Sequence record: NZ_CP022047.2
Length of the DNA stretch: 64,000 nt
Strand: one strand, 5' to 3'
Source: a plasmid
The translations under genes and the position numbers were made by a program. A model generated the notes under the pieces. The model was not told the origin of the DNA. It ran no database searches and saw only the letters and a list, made by a program, of their open reading frames with translations. Position 1 is the stretch's first letter. Each line of letters starts with the position of its first letter. This document shows positions 8,903-18,632 of the stretch, piece by piece.

Positions 8903-11754
8903 CCTTCAGAATTTTTCTTGCGTAATTTTAGGAGTGTTAAGCCACCAGCAATTAACACACCACCCATCACAATAAGCCATGTCATCGTCTCAGTACCTGT
9001 CTTTGGTAAAACTGATTGAATCATATTAGGCTTTTCTTGTGGTGTTTCTTTCACTTGTTGTGGAGCTGATTGCGGTTGTTCAGTTGGTGGTGCAACTTTT
9101 TCAGGTTGTTCTTGTGGTGCTTCAGGTTCAGGATTCTCAGGTGTTGGTTCTTGAGGATCTTTTGGTTCTTCAGGTTTTTCAGGTACTGGTGTTACTTCTT
9201 TCTCTTCCTTCGGAACTTTAGTTGTCACTTGATTAGTTTCCTTCTTCTCCTCATTGACAGTTGAAATTGCGACATTATCTATAATAGATTTTCCATCTTC
9301 TTGTTTTAGTTTTGATAAATCAACATCTTTTGGAATTGTCACATCTATATCTGTCTCTAAATGACCACCACGATACTTTGTATCAGGCTTTTCATTTTCC
9401 CATTTAACAGATGATTTTTCTTCGTCAATCGTTGATTTCCCTTCTTTTGTCACATCTTCTCTCTTATCCGTATTAGAACCATCCTCATTCACATTTTCTG
9501 TGTTTGTGGAAGAATCTAAGTCCGTTACATCTTTATTTGATTCATTTTCTTCAGTATTTGTAGAACCTTCATCTTGATCTGTCGTTTCATTATTTACGTT
9601 CTTTTCTGTTTTAACTGTTTCTTCTGTATTTAATGATTCTTCATTTTTACCTACATCTTCATTATTTGATGAAGCATCATTCTTGTTTTCTTCATTTTTT
9701 GATGACTGATTATCATTATCTTCTGTATTGGATGATTCTTCCTGATTTTTTTCAGAAGTTATCTTTTTACCACCTAAATAAACTTTCATCCCATCTATTT
9801 GTAATACGTCGTTCATGTCATCTTCAATTTTGATGGCATCTACCTTCTCAGCATTTGGAATATCAGTTTTAATACGGTAAGTGTAGGATTCGCCTGCTTT
9901 AACTTCATTTTCTTTTACTTCTTTACCTGTATCATCTACAATGACTTTTTCTGTTTTAAAATCAACTTTTTCTAATACTGTCTCTACTTCATTTGAAGGT
10001 GTTTCTTTATCCCCTTCCACAATTTTGATTGTATTAGGTAAAACAAATTGACCGTCTTTCTCATATTCCTTAAGACTAACGTCATCTCTCACCGTCACAT
10101 CAGCGAGTACCTTAATTTTTTTACCTGCTAATTTTTTGGGACCTTTAGCAAACCATGAATAAGTATTGGTTTTTTCATCAATTTTTAAATCGCCATCTTT
10201 TGTGATTTCTTGATCCTTTTCATCCATGACTTTAATGTCATTAATTTTTAAAGGCTTAGTTACTTCATCAATTACACCACGTTTAACATCAGCTTCTTTA
10301 TTGCCAAATTGTGCAATTTTTTCATACTTAAAAGTATCACCAATTTTAACGTCATTCATATCAACTTTATTACCATTTTGATCAATGATTTTTTTAGTAA
10401 CAGAAGGTTTAATTGGTTTTGGCGGTGTTGTCACAACTTCATTCGTATCTTTATCTTTTCCATCTTTATACACTTTAGCTTTATTCAAAATTTGAATTTC
10501 ACCTTTATCATTTGTAATTTTGGATAAGTCAGCATCTTTCTTCAGTTTTACGTCTACTTTAAATTTATAGTCATTCTCATAAAACTCTTTTTTCTTTAAA
10601 ATGCTTGATTTTGCCTGATAATGAAGTTTATTTCCTTCAGATTTATTATCAAAGTACTCAGTTGTCACATCTTTGCCTTCTGAATTCGTAATCGTAACTT
10701 TTTTAACTTCTAATTCACTATTGATATCGTCTTTAAAACCGTAATCTTTATAGTAGAATTGTTCTTCTTCCGCAGGTACAGTATGTGTAATATCATAATG
10801 ATAACCTTCATACAATGTATCTAACTTGTTTTTCTCTACATCTTTTTCATCTTGGTCAGATACTAATTTAAATGGCTCTAACGTTTCAGTTTTCGCTGGT
10901 TTTTCACCATCGTATCCAAAATACTGTGCATATTGTCCTTCATCCCATTTAATGACTTTATCTTTATTATAATCTGTCCAATCTTTACCCCAACGCATAG
11001 ATAAGTCATGACTATCACTTAAAATTGTAAATTTCGCAAAAGCATCCTTTGGATCTGATAACTCTCCATCAAGTTCTTGGAATCTATGAAAACCGTCTTT
11101 ATGTTCATAATCAATCCAAGAATCTTTTGAATGATAGACTTTTGAAATCTTACTCATTTGTTTGTCAGGGAATCCAGCATATTGTTTAGCATCAATATCA
11201 TTGATGCCCATATATGTTCCAGTGATGTCTGTAGCTGGTTTACCTGTATCGTGATAAATTGGTTCCCAGTGGATATCAATCCACTCATACCCAGCTTGTG
11301 TAAAGCCAATACCATTCACTTTACTTCCTGCGAATCGCATATATTGACCACCTTCGAAACCTGCCTCTTTCCAATCAACAACTGTTGCTTTATAGTCAAT
11401 TTGTTTCCCGTGGTATGTTCCAACATTTGTGTAATAAGCCGTCAACTTCCCTTTTTCATCCTTTTTAGGTTCAACCCAAATAGCATTACCAGTTGGTGTT
11501 GTCTTTAAAGAGGCTGTTTTAGATAATTCTAATTTTGATTTTCCAGTGATCCATTTGGCGATAAAACTATACTTATTACTGATTTCAGAATCTTTACTTG
11601 GCACTTCTGCATTTGGTGCTTTTGAAATTGGTTCAGCTTTCACAATACCTCCGGTACTCATTAGAGATGTACCTAAAATAACACCTGCTGTTGCGGTTTG
11701 AAGTTGCCTCATACGCTTTTTATTTCTATTGTCCTTTAATTGTGTTGTCACCAT
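8899..11754 (-). CDS. LPXTG-anchored cell-wall surface protein (putative conjugation/aggregation adhesin)
   Basis: N-terminal signal peptide and a C-terminal LPKTG motif followed by a hydrophobic helix and RKKNSEG tail. A proline/glutamate-rich stalk (PEKPEEPKDPQEPTPENPEPEAPQEQPEK) precedes the anchor. The likely ATG start is at 11754 after a GAAGGGTGG ribosome-binding site; the ORF caller used TTG at 11760. Confidence 0.8.
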   Translation of the reverse strand: MVTTQLKDNRNKKRMRQLQTATAGVILGTSLMSTGGIVKAEPISKAPNAEVPSKDSEISNKYSFIAKWITGKSKLELSKTASLKTTPTGNAIWVEPKKDEKGKLTAYYTNVGTYHGKQIDYKATVVDWKEAGFEGGQYMRFAGSKVNGIGFTQAGYEWIDIHWEPIYHDTGKPATDITGTYMGINDIDAKQYAGFPDKQMSKISKVYHSKDSWIDYEHKDGFHRFQELDGELSDPKDAFAKFTILSDSHDLSMRWGKDWTDYNKDKVIKWDEGQYAQYFGYDGEKPAKTETLEPFKLVSDQDEKDVEKNKLDTLYEGYHYDITHTVPAEEEQFYYKDYGFKDDINSELEVKKVTITNSEGKDVTTEYFDNKSEGNKLHYQAKSSILKKKEFYENDYKFKVDVKLKKDADLSKITNDKGEIQILNKAKVYKDGKDKDTNEVVTTPPKPIKPSVTKKIIDQNGNKVDMNDVKIGDTFKYEKIAQFGNKEADVKRGVIDEVTKPLKINDIKVMDEKDQEITKDGDLKIDEKTNTYSWFAKGPKKLAGKKIKVLADVTVRDDVSLKEYEKDGQFVLPNTIKIVEGDKETPSNEVETVLEKVDFKTEKVIVDDTGKEVKENEVKAGESYTYRIKTDIPNAEKVDAIKIEDDMNDVLQIDGMKVYLGGKKITSEKNQEESSNTEDNDNQSSKNEENKNDASSNNEDVGKNEESLNTEETVKTEKNVNNETTDQDEGSTNTEENESNKDVTDLDSSTNTENVNEDGSNTDKREDVTKEGKSTIDEEKSSVKWENEKPDTKYRGGHLETDIDVTIPKDVDLSKLKQEDGKSIIDNVAISTVNEEKKETNQVTTKVPKEEKEVTPVPEKPEEPKDPQEPTPENPEPEAPQEQPEKVAPPTEQPQSAPQQVKETPQEKPNMIQSVLPKTGTETMTWLIVMGGVLIAGGLTLLKLRKKNSEG

Positions 11755-11988
11755 GTACAACCACCCTTCTTAATTTTTAATTACTTTTAACATACGTCCA
11801 CCAAAATATATGTAGGTGAACGCGCGTTATATTGTTTTTCCATAACCTCATCCCTTCCAATAAAAAAAGCCATTATTACAATTTGTAATAATGGCTTTTT
11901 TAACCTATTCTATTTGATCTATTTGTCTCTAAAAACATTTTCATATCTTTAGTACTTGTTTTGAGATGGCTTCAAATCAATATTCAAG

Positions 11989-12354
11989 TTAGATTATGCT
12001 TACAATCGTATCCACCAACAACAAAATAGCTATTAGTGAAATCATCACATCGAAAATTTCAAAGTGTTTCACGTTCATTGACTTAAGATATTCTTTCAAC
12101 CTATATTGATATAGCTTTTTACAGACCATCATGAAAATAATTAACAATCCAACGACAATCGATACAATTTGAATAACCCATTCTGTGCTGGACTCAGCAC
12201 CAAGTAGCAATTTCAAAAATATCGTTATCAGCACCACATAATTTGAAAAAATAAGATTTCTTCGACACATCTGATAATTTACTACTGTTTTTTTCAATGT
12301 CTCAGGTACTATATCCATTAATTCATTTAGTTTCGCATCAATATTATTATTCAT
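11989..12354 (-). CDS. small membrane protein
   Basis: 121 aa with three or four hydrophobic helices. Confidence 0.45.
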   Translation of the reverse strand: MNNNIDAKLNELMDIVPETLKKTVVNYQMCRRNLIFSNYVVLITIFLKLLLGAESSTEWVIQIVSIVVGLLIIFMMVCKKLYQYRLKEYLKSMNVKHFEIFDVMISLIAILLLVDTIVSII

Positions 12355-12432
12355 ATCTTCTCCTAACTATCCAATATTAGAAAATCTATATTTTTGTAGG
12401 TATAAACATACTTCCACTAATCAGATTTTCAT

Positions 12433-12546
12433 TCAAAATAAAAATACTTTCATCAACATCATTAAAATGAGAATTGCACTACCTATAATACCTGCTCCGC
12501 ACAAAGTCGCCTTAACTAATTTCGCGTTAACTAATTCTTTACTCAT
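12433..12546 (-). CDS. 37-aa hydrophobic peptide (MSKELVNAKLVKATLCGAGIIGSAILILMMLMKVFLF), first gene of the operon leading into the LPXTG cluster
   Basis: ATG preceded by GAAGGGTG 6 nt upstream. A single transmembrane helix. It is below the ORF-track size cut-off. Confidence 0.4.
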   Translation of the reverse strand: MSKELVNAKLVKATLCGAGIIGSAILILMMLMKVFLF

Positions 12547-12977
12547 CTTTATCACCCTTCCATTAATTTATTGAACCTAAATACAGACTGTTCTGTACGA
12601 TATTTTTCCTGTAGATATACTAAAGCTGAACGATGAGTCCAGTCTAATATTGCAACACGCTCAGACGCTTCATTTAGGCATGTGAACTGGTAGTTCACAC
12701 CTTTTAGTGCTATTCCGTCCATTAGTCGAAAACAACTCAATACACAGCCCCTCTTCGCTTAATAGAACTAGTTTAATGTCTTTACTGAACTTCTTGTTGA
12801 TCTCTACATCAATCAACAGAGATTCATACGCAAATGTCATCATTTCGGCTTCTACCTTAGTTTTAATCATTTTTTTGGTACTCCTTTACTGCGTACGACA
12901 TGGGTTCATGCGTCTATCCAATTTCTTCAAAAATAATAAAAAGTATTTATTGAAAAAATAATCCATTGCTTCACTTC

Positions 12978-13220
12978 CTACCTAAATTTCTTTTGTTCAC
13001 AACTCAACAAATAACCAAAATAATTACGTGGTACATCATTTTTCAATTTTTCTGCTACTTTATTTTGTCGTACAGTTTCAACAAGATCTTTAGTACGTCG
13101 ATAACGTGATGCTACAAAACAAAAATCTAGCATACTATTTTTGTGATAATGAACGCTTACTAATATCTTGTCTCTCTTAATTAAGTCTGTTTTCAACTTA
13201 ATGAATTCTAATTCTGTCAT
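12978..13220 (-). CDS. hypothetical protein (80 aa from ATG 13220; ORF track extends to 13277)
   Basis: A GGGAAGGA ribosome-binding site lies 7 nt upstream of ATG 13220 (MTELEFIKLK...). The longer called start would place the left inverted repeat inside the coding sequence. Confidence 0.35.
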   Translation of the reverse strand: MTELEFIKLKTDLIKRDKILVSVHYHKNSMLDFCFVASRYRRTKDLVETVRQNKVAEKLKNDVPRNYFGYLLSCEQKKFR

Positions 13221-13238
13221 GTACAGTTCCTTCCCAGG

Positions 13239-13742
13239 TGTTGGCACATCACCTGTACAAATAACAATATGAATCACTCTATTAGCTCACAAGTTATATA
13301 AACTAAAAGTATAAGCAAAAATACAAAAACACCATATCCTAAAAACATCAAATGATATAGTTCTTGAATCATCCTATCACTCTTTTCATCTTTTCTATGG
13401 TCTGGTTTTTCTTGTTTTGTGGCTTTGAAACAAGAACCTTATGTATATCTATTCGCTCTTACTCTTTCAGAGTCATCATTGCTGAATACTAGGCTCGCTA
13501 CCATACTCAATTGTCATCGCAAGCTATATACAACGTACTTAGGATAGTTTCGGATAACTAACAACCGTACACCTGTGTGTACATTTAGACCGTTCGCTAT
13601 TTCTTTACACGTATGTCTTATGCGCTATGTACTTAAACATAGTAAGTTTCAAGTTACGAATTCTTAATCCCCGCAAGTAACTATATTCAATTATCAATGT
13701 GCATTGTACAAATTCTTTATTTGTACAGGTGATGTGCCAACA
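13239..13742. repeat. 504-bp element bounded by perfect 25-bp inverted repeats (tGTTGGCACATCACCTGTACAAATA ... TATTTGTACAGGTGATGTGCCAACa); candidate invertible DNA switch or MITE-like non-autonomous element
   Basis: The left arm (13239-13263) is the exact reverse complement of the right arm (13718-13742). The interior has no ORF, is relatively GC-rich, and sits immediately upstream of the 12978-13220 gene. Confidence 0.6.
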
Positions 13743-13757
13743 TCTATTTTTTACATT

Positions 13758-14108
13758 CTATAATGTTTCAAATTTTCTCTTCTTTAATTTTTGTTTATAT
13801 GTTTTTTTAGGGACAAACGTTAAACTATTCAGTTGCCCGGAATGTTTATTTTTCTTATAAATCAATTGTCCATGTATATCATAAACTGCTCTTACAAGAT
13901 CCTTAATCTCACATAATGATACAAACTCTTTTACATACGTCAAATTATGATTTTTCAAAGGTCTTCTAATAACAAAACCATCTTGAATATTGATATAAGT
14001 TGTCCCATCATTTAATACAAATCGATAACCATTTTTGATGAGATCATTTAGCGACACCTTATTATTATTAAATATAATTGTGTAATCCTTTTTATTCACA
14101 TTTTTCAC
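13758..14108 (-). CDS. hypothetical protein
   Basis: 116-aa ORF with a lysine-rich C-terminus. Confidence 0.4.
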   Translation of the reverse strand: MKNVNKKDYTIIFNNNKVSLNDLIKNGYRFVLNDGTTYINIQDGFVIRRPLKNHNLTYVKEFVSLCEIKDLVRAVYDIHGQLIYKKNKHSGQLNSLTFVPKKTYKQKLKKRKFETL

Positions 14109-14638
14109 TCCTTTTTTGTATTTGGGGAAATTTTTTTATATTTTATTTTTCAATGTTCTATGATCAATAAAAAAGACAAATAAAAGAAGGCAACTTTCAC
14201 TCTGTTATAGTGAAAGTTGCCCTCGAAAAGTCCGTAACAACAATATTGTACACGAAACTACTACCCTCTCATTCTATTAGGATAGCTTGTTAATTAATTC
14301 CAATTCAAACAGTTATTCCTACTCAAATTATATGATTTCTCCCTGAAATTCACATTAGTAAGATTGAATTAATTATTTATGTGTACTATATTTAGATATG
14401 TGCTTGTATTAAGGTTGTTAGCGCAACCTCATACAAGTCACATATGTTACGGGGAAAGTCAATTCACTAGTAGTGTAGTGGTATTGATGAAATAGAAAGA
14501 GTGTGTTGACGCACGCTCTTTTTATTCCCCTTTTTTATTGATCACAGAGCATTGTACACTCTGAAACCTTATAAATTAATTAAATATGAAAACTGGACAT
14601 TAGTCAACTAATAATGAAAAGAAAATAATTAATATTAA

Positions 14639-15106
14639 TTATTTTCTTTTCATTTCTATAATTGAACTAGTAAGTCTAATCTTAGATACATCGAATTCTG
14701 ATAAACTTTCCGAATACTGATAAAATTCATCATATTCAAAAGAAATCAATTTATTATCCCCTAAAGCCCAAATAAAAGCATCATTTTCCTCATTAGTTTT
14801 TTCTAAACTGTCCCTAAAGTAATCACCAGCATTATCAGGTACAGACTTAAATAATAAATAATCTTTATCACCTTTAGACACTACTTCATATTTACCTACA
14901 CCTTCACCACCAAATGAATCTTTATCTTTCACACGATACTCACCATTATCTTCAAACGTTATATCACCTAATACATCGCCTGATTCTTCAACTAACTCAA
15001 ATGATTCACCTTTTAATTGTCCCTCAGCGCCTTTACCACAAGCAGTTAACATCACTAATACAAACAAAGACATTACAACTACACAAACTCTTTTTAACTT
15101 ATACAT
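14639..15106 (-). CDS. lipoprotein (signal peptide with LTAC lipobox)
   Basis: N-terminus MYKLKRVCVVVMSLFVLVMLTAC-GKG. Confidence 0.6.
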   Translation of the reverse strand: MYKLKRVCVVVMSLFVLVMLTACGKGAEGQLKGESFELVEESGDVLGDITFEDNGEYRVKDKDSFGGEGVGKYEVVSKGDKDYLLFKSVPDNAGDYFRDSLEKTNEENDAFIWALGDNKLISFEYDEFYQYSESLSEFDVSKIRLTSSIIEMKRK

Positions 15107-15400
15107 ACGATCTCCTCCCTAACCCTTTGCCCATTAAGCTTAAGGCAAAAATTATTATAACATTATTCATCGACTTGTAGTCAACGACTTCCTAAATGAA
15201 TAAATATAATGCCTAAGTGTTTAAAAATATAAAAAATTTTACAATACTCACGAACAGATATAGCAATAGCATAATAAATACAAGATAATAAAGTATTAAA
15301 TTATAATAAGACACAACTCAATAATCACATAATACATTCATCAAAACAATCCGTAAGAGCAAACATATAAATAATGTAAGGCAGAGTGTCCAATTAAAAA

Positions 15401-16915
15401 TCAACTCGAATCAACCTCTATCCTCTTCCGGTAAAATGCCTCTAATTGTAAGTCTTCTGTGATAATCTGAATGGTTGTATCAATGAATGTACTAGTTTTT
15501 GATGATACGCGATGTTTTTTAAACACACGATTCAATTTCATTTTCAAATGTGCCGTTGATCTAATACGTTTACCTCTTACTTTTTTCATTGCTTCTTGAA
15601 TCATTGTTTTTCGTGTTGCTAAATACATCACCGCATTTTTCCCTTTAGTTGTATGGCTGTAGAACGTTTGGACGTCTTTTAATAAGGCTTTAAGTGTCGA
15701 TTTTGACATTCCTAGAGCCTTACATAATTCTGTTCTTGTTGTTTTCACAATGCCATTACGCGCATTTTTTTGTATGTATTGATATAAATCTTGTTTCCAT
15801 TCTGAATAATGAACACGTTGTCTTTGTTCTCTTGATTTACGATGTTTTCTAAAGAATAATGAATCAACTTTGATACTATGCTTTTCGCACCATGTATATA
15901 AAAGCGTCATAATATGCTTTTTTGAAGCCCCTTTATAACGTCCTGAATAAGCACTATTAACCTTTTCTTCAACCTGTTTGTCATCTAAAGGTCGTTTTAG
16001 TTTTTGATTCCATTGATTCATAACAGCCAAAGCTTCTGACTTATCCATGTTACTCGCATACATATGAAGTGCCATTGTAAAAACAGCATTATCTCTCGCA
16101 ATAATTCCGTTTCCTTCACCTGCAATGTCTGTAGCATTGTATAAGTGATGGAACCATGGCTCATGAATGGATTTTAATTGTTTAAATTGTACTGTTTTAG
16201 GTTCATTATACTTATCCTTAAGGGTTGTTAGTTCAAAGTTCATTGAAAAATCAATCATTGTTTGAAAGTCATAGATATGTTCGTCATTGAAATAGACAAC
16301 GTTATCATGCCTAGGTACACGGAAGAAACCGAAATGATTACAATTGATATCAATGCCTTCAATCACTTCGGCATAGTATGTTCTTAAGTTCATTGAAACA
16401 CGTTTTGCGCGATCTAACCCTAAATTAAACGCTTTTTTACCTATATTTTTCATAAAAATAGGCGATTTTAAGTAGAACATAACATGGTAGCCATTTGGGG
16501 TATCCATAATGAGCGTTGGTTTAATACCTATGTCGTGTCCTCTCGCAATAATATCTTCTATTGTCACGGTCGCTTTATCTACACCATCTATATCAATCGC
16601 AAATACATTTATTTGTTTTAAATTTGTTTCCAAATGCCCAGCAAACTTACCTTCTTTTGTGTAGTACGCTGAACGAAACACATTTGGTGTCATGTGCGTA
16701 ATATCATGTCTCATTTCATGAAATGTTTCAAACGAATCGATAATCTTACCTTCAGTTTTACTTAAATCTTCTTTTGTCTTTGTCACAATAACCTTACCAT
16801 TTTTAAAAGTACATTTTTTTAAATTTTTATTATGCATATTATCATTTCTTGATAAACCATTATGTAACATACCATCAAAAATTGCTTGATCACGTGACTT
16901 TTTATTTTTAACCAT
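15401..16915 (-). CDS. plasmid/ICE replication initiation protein of the archaeo-eukaryotic primase-polymerase (Prim-Pol) type with C-terminal HTH region
   Basis: AEP motif I VFAIDIDGVD (hhhDhD) and motif II TPNGYHVMFY (SGxGxH-like). A C-terminal segment TRTELCKALGMSKSTLKALL resembles a helix-turn-helix. Followed by an AT-rich origin-like region. Confidence 0.65.
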   Translation of the reverse strand: MVKNKKSRDQAIFDGMLHNGLSRNDNMHNKNLKKCTFKNGKVIVTKTKEDLSKTEGKIIDSFETFHEMRHDITHMTPNVFRSAYYTKEGKFAGHLETNLKQINVFAIDIDGVDKATVTIEDIIARGHDIGIKPTLIMDTPNGYHVMFYLKSPIFMKNIGKKAFNLGLDRAKRVSMNLRTYYAEVIEGIDINCNHFGFFRVPRHDNVVYFNDEHIYDFQTMIDFSMNFELTTLKDKYNEPKTVQFKQLKSIHEPWFHHLYNATDIAGEGNGIIARDNAVFTMALHMYASNMDKSEALAVMNQWNQKLKRPLDDKQVEEKVNSAYSGRYKGASKKHIMTLLYTWCEKHSIKVDSLFFRKHRKSREQRQRVHYSEWKQDLYQYIQKNARNGIVKTTRTELCKALGMSKSTLKALLKDVQTFYSHTTKGKNAVMYLATRKTMIQEAMKKVRGKRIRSTAHLKMKLNRVFKKHRVSSKTSTFIDTTIQIITEDLQLEAFYRKRIEVDSS

Positions 16916-17183
16916 AAAAAATCACCTACGTATCCAAGTTAGAATTTGAATATGTGTGCGATAAAAAAGGTATTCAAGCTTTCTTATCCATACAATCCAA
17001 TCCTAAAACCCAAACGTAGATGAAAGAAATAATAATAATTTTTTATGAATTTGGTCAAAACTATTGCATTCTTAAGTAAGGTCACATAAAATAAGGTTAT
17101 CGTAAATTAAATCATGTGACTACTTTCTGTTTTTGATTGAGTTTTGGGAATGGATTGTATTTACAAATCAAGCAACTAATCAT

Positions 17184-17220
17184 GGACAACGCTTCCCCAA
17201 GCGTTGTTCTTTTTTATTTG
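17184..17220 (+). terminator. strong intrinsic terminator (GGACAACGCTT-cccc-AAGCGTTGTCC + T6) ending a putative ~115-nt plus-strand small RNA in the origin region
   Basis: Perfect 11-bp stem followed by TTTTTTATTT. A candidate promoter TTGCAT-17-TAAAAT lies at 17064-17092. Confidence 0.45.
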
Positions 17221-17406
17221 CTTATACTTTTTAAAACTTTTAATAAGGTTTCACTTCAGTCTTAAAAAGCGATTTGTAGCACAATTGCGTCCAAAATATT
17301 TAATTGTTGTCTATAATATTAAAGCAATCTAAACTTCGTGTAAATAATCATCACTATAAATTTTAAAATTTATATTTAGATAACTAATAATAATATTTTT
17401 AAAATT

Positions 17407-17643
17407 CTATTCAAAATTTATATTTATACCATTTTGATTTTCTATTAGATAGCTTATAATTTGTATATCTTCGAAATACTCTGCTTGTTCTATGTCTTCT
17501 TGAAATTTCATGTAGGTCGCTAAAGTCATTTCAGATGATTTTAATGACAATTCTGCTTTTACCATATCTTTCATTTTTTCTATTGAAGTACCTAACACCA
17601 CAAAGCCATGTTCACTGATTGCGAAATAAGACACTTTCATCAC
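17407..17643 (-). CDS. hypothetical small protein
   Basis: 78 aa; third gene of a three-gene cluster with overlapping start and stop codons. Confidence 0.4.
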   Translation of the reverse strand: MMKVSYFAISEHGFVVLGTSIEKMKDMVKAELSLKSSEMTLATYMKFQEDIEQAEYFEDIQIISYLIENQNGININFE

Positions 17644-17941
17644 CCCATATTACGTATTCTAATACAATTTCTGCTAAATGTTTAGATTCTAAATACACAT
17701 TATCATCGTACTCTAAACCAAAAATATTGAATGGTTCCACTATCGGAACTCGATTGATGATTGTATTTTGAATATGATTATGTTGTACTTTGTTTGAATT
17801 ATTTATAATAAAGTATTCATCCATCTTTATACCCCAAATATATTTTTCTTCTACTTTAACGACCCTAAAAATACCAATCTTATTTTCACCTATCAACATA
17901 TCTACAATATGTCCTTTTTCTATGGGTAACATCATAGCCAA
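17612..17941 (-). CDS. hypothetical small protein
   Basis: 109 aa; overlaps its neighbours by 10-30 nt. Confidence 0.4.
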   Translation of the reverse strand: MAMMLPIEKGHIVDMLIGENKIGIFRVVKVEEKYIWGIKMDEYFIINNSNKVQHNHIQNTIINRVPIVEPFNIFGLEYDDNVYLESKHLAEIVLEYVIWGDESVLFRNQ

Positions 17942-18117
17942 TCACTCCCCTCTAAGATATCAAAAATTGTGAGCTGTTTTTGTTGAAAATATTCTATCTG
18001 GACAATTTTATAGTTTACATTCATTATGTTTGGTTCATTATTCTGAACCAACCTTTCATCAAACCCTTTTAGATGATATACAGTCCATTCTGTTAACTCT
18101 TCAATTATATTAGACAT
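17932..18117 (-). CDS. hypothetical small protein (starts MSNI...)
   Basis: 61 aa; first gene after the 385-bp repeat. Confidence 0.4.
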   Translation of the reverse strand: MSNIIEELTEWTVYHLKGFDERLVQNNEPNIMNVNYKIVQIEYFQQKQLTIFDILEGSDWL

Positions 18118-18495
18118 CTTTACCGTCTCCTTTTTTAGAAATGATTTTGATTCACTTCTATATTGAATTGTGTTTTGTTAGTGAAAAGTCAGTTGATTTA
18201 TTTCGAAGACAAGGGCGACTTTGTCGCAACGTTTACCCTTGTCTTTGAATGGTCGATCACAACCATTTATGGTTGATGATCCGACTTAATTAACTACATT
18301 TGAACGTCCAAAACACCAATATAGATGTGAAAATGATTTTTAGAGGCGGTTTCCATATGCGTCTGCTTATGCAGACAAAAATACCGGTCAAAAGGGCTAC
18401 CCTTTTGACCGGTATCAAGAGATTTGTTATAATATAGTTGTAAAAAAAGAGAACATGCGCGAACATGTTCTCTCCGTAGACCCGTTAAAAAGACG
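18111..18495. repeat. 385-bp direct repeat, copy 1 (copy 2 at 19321-19704, ~98% identical)
   Basis: The two copies are near-identical by eye and carry hairpins GTCTGC-ttat-GCAGAC and ACCGGTCAAAAGGG-ctac-CCTTTTGACCGGT. They also share a plus-strand promoter and the 5' stem-loop of a small RNA. Confidence 0.85.
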
Positions 18496-18562
18496 GTGAC
18501 TTAAGTTAAAAAGATAAAAATAACCTTTTCGAACCTGTCAAAGTTGGAAGGTTATTTTTTTT
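18433..18562 (+). ncRNA. SprF-like antitoxin small RNA (type I TA), ~125 nt
   Basis: Promoter TTGACC (18405-18410), 17-nt spacer, TATAAT (18428-18433). The transcript has a 5' stem-loop AGAGAACATG-cgcgaa-CATGTTCTCT and an intrinsic terminator AACCTTTTC...GGAAGGTT + U8 (18519-18563). It overlaps the 3' end of the convergent toxin ORF. Confidence 0.45.
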
Positions 18563-18632
18563 GGTCGTTGTTACTAATTATTACTAAGCCAATGATTGTT
18601 AATACAATCATGAGCATTTCATAATCAGACAT
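18552..18632 (-). CDS. type I toxin peptide, SprG-like (MSDYEMLMIVLTIIGLVIISNNDQKK, 26 aa)
   Basis: AAAGGA ribosome-binding site 5 nt upstream of ATG. A single hydrophobic helix with a KK tail, and a C-terminal LIGLVI..KK pattern like SprG1 peptides. Convergent 3'-overlap with the small RNA above. Confidence 0.55.
   Translation of the reverse strand: MSDYEMLMIVLTIIGLVIISNNDQKK

Noticed and set aside
2730-11508. Multiple 60-116-aa ORFs nested inside or antisense to the large transfer and LPXTG genes (2730-2984, 5103-5345, 5324-5521, 6494-6706, 9039-9264, 9633-9833, 10309-10527, 11158-11508)
   Set aside because: They are embedded in much longer, better-supported ORFs, have biased low-complexity composition and lack translation signals.
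12552-12870. Two overlapping minus-strand ORFs (62 and 66 aa) in different frames
   Set aside because: They possibly form one frameshifted gene (pseudogene), but neither half has recognisable motifs or a ribosome-binding site. Left unannotated.
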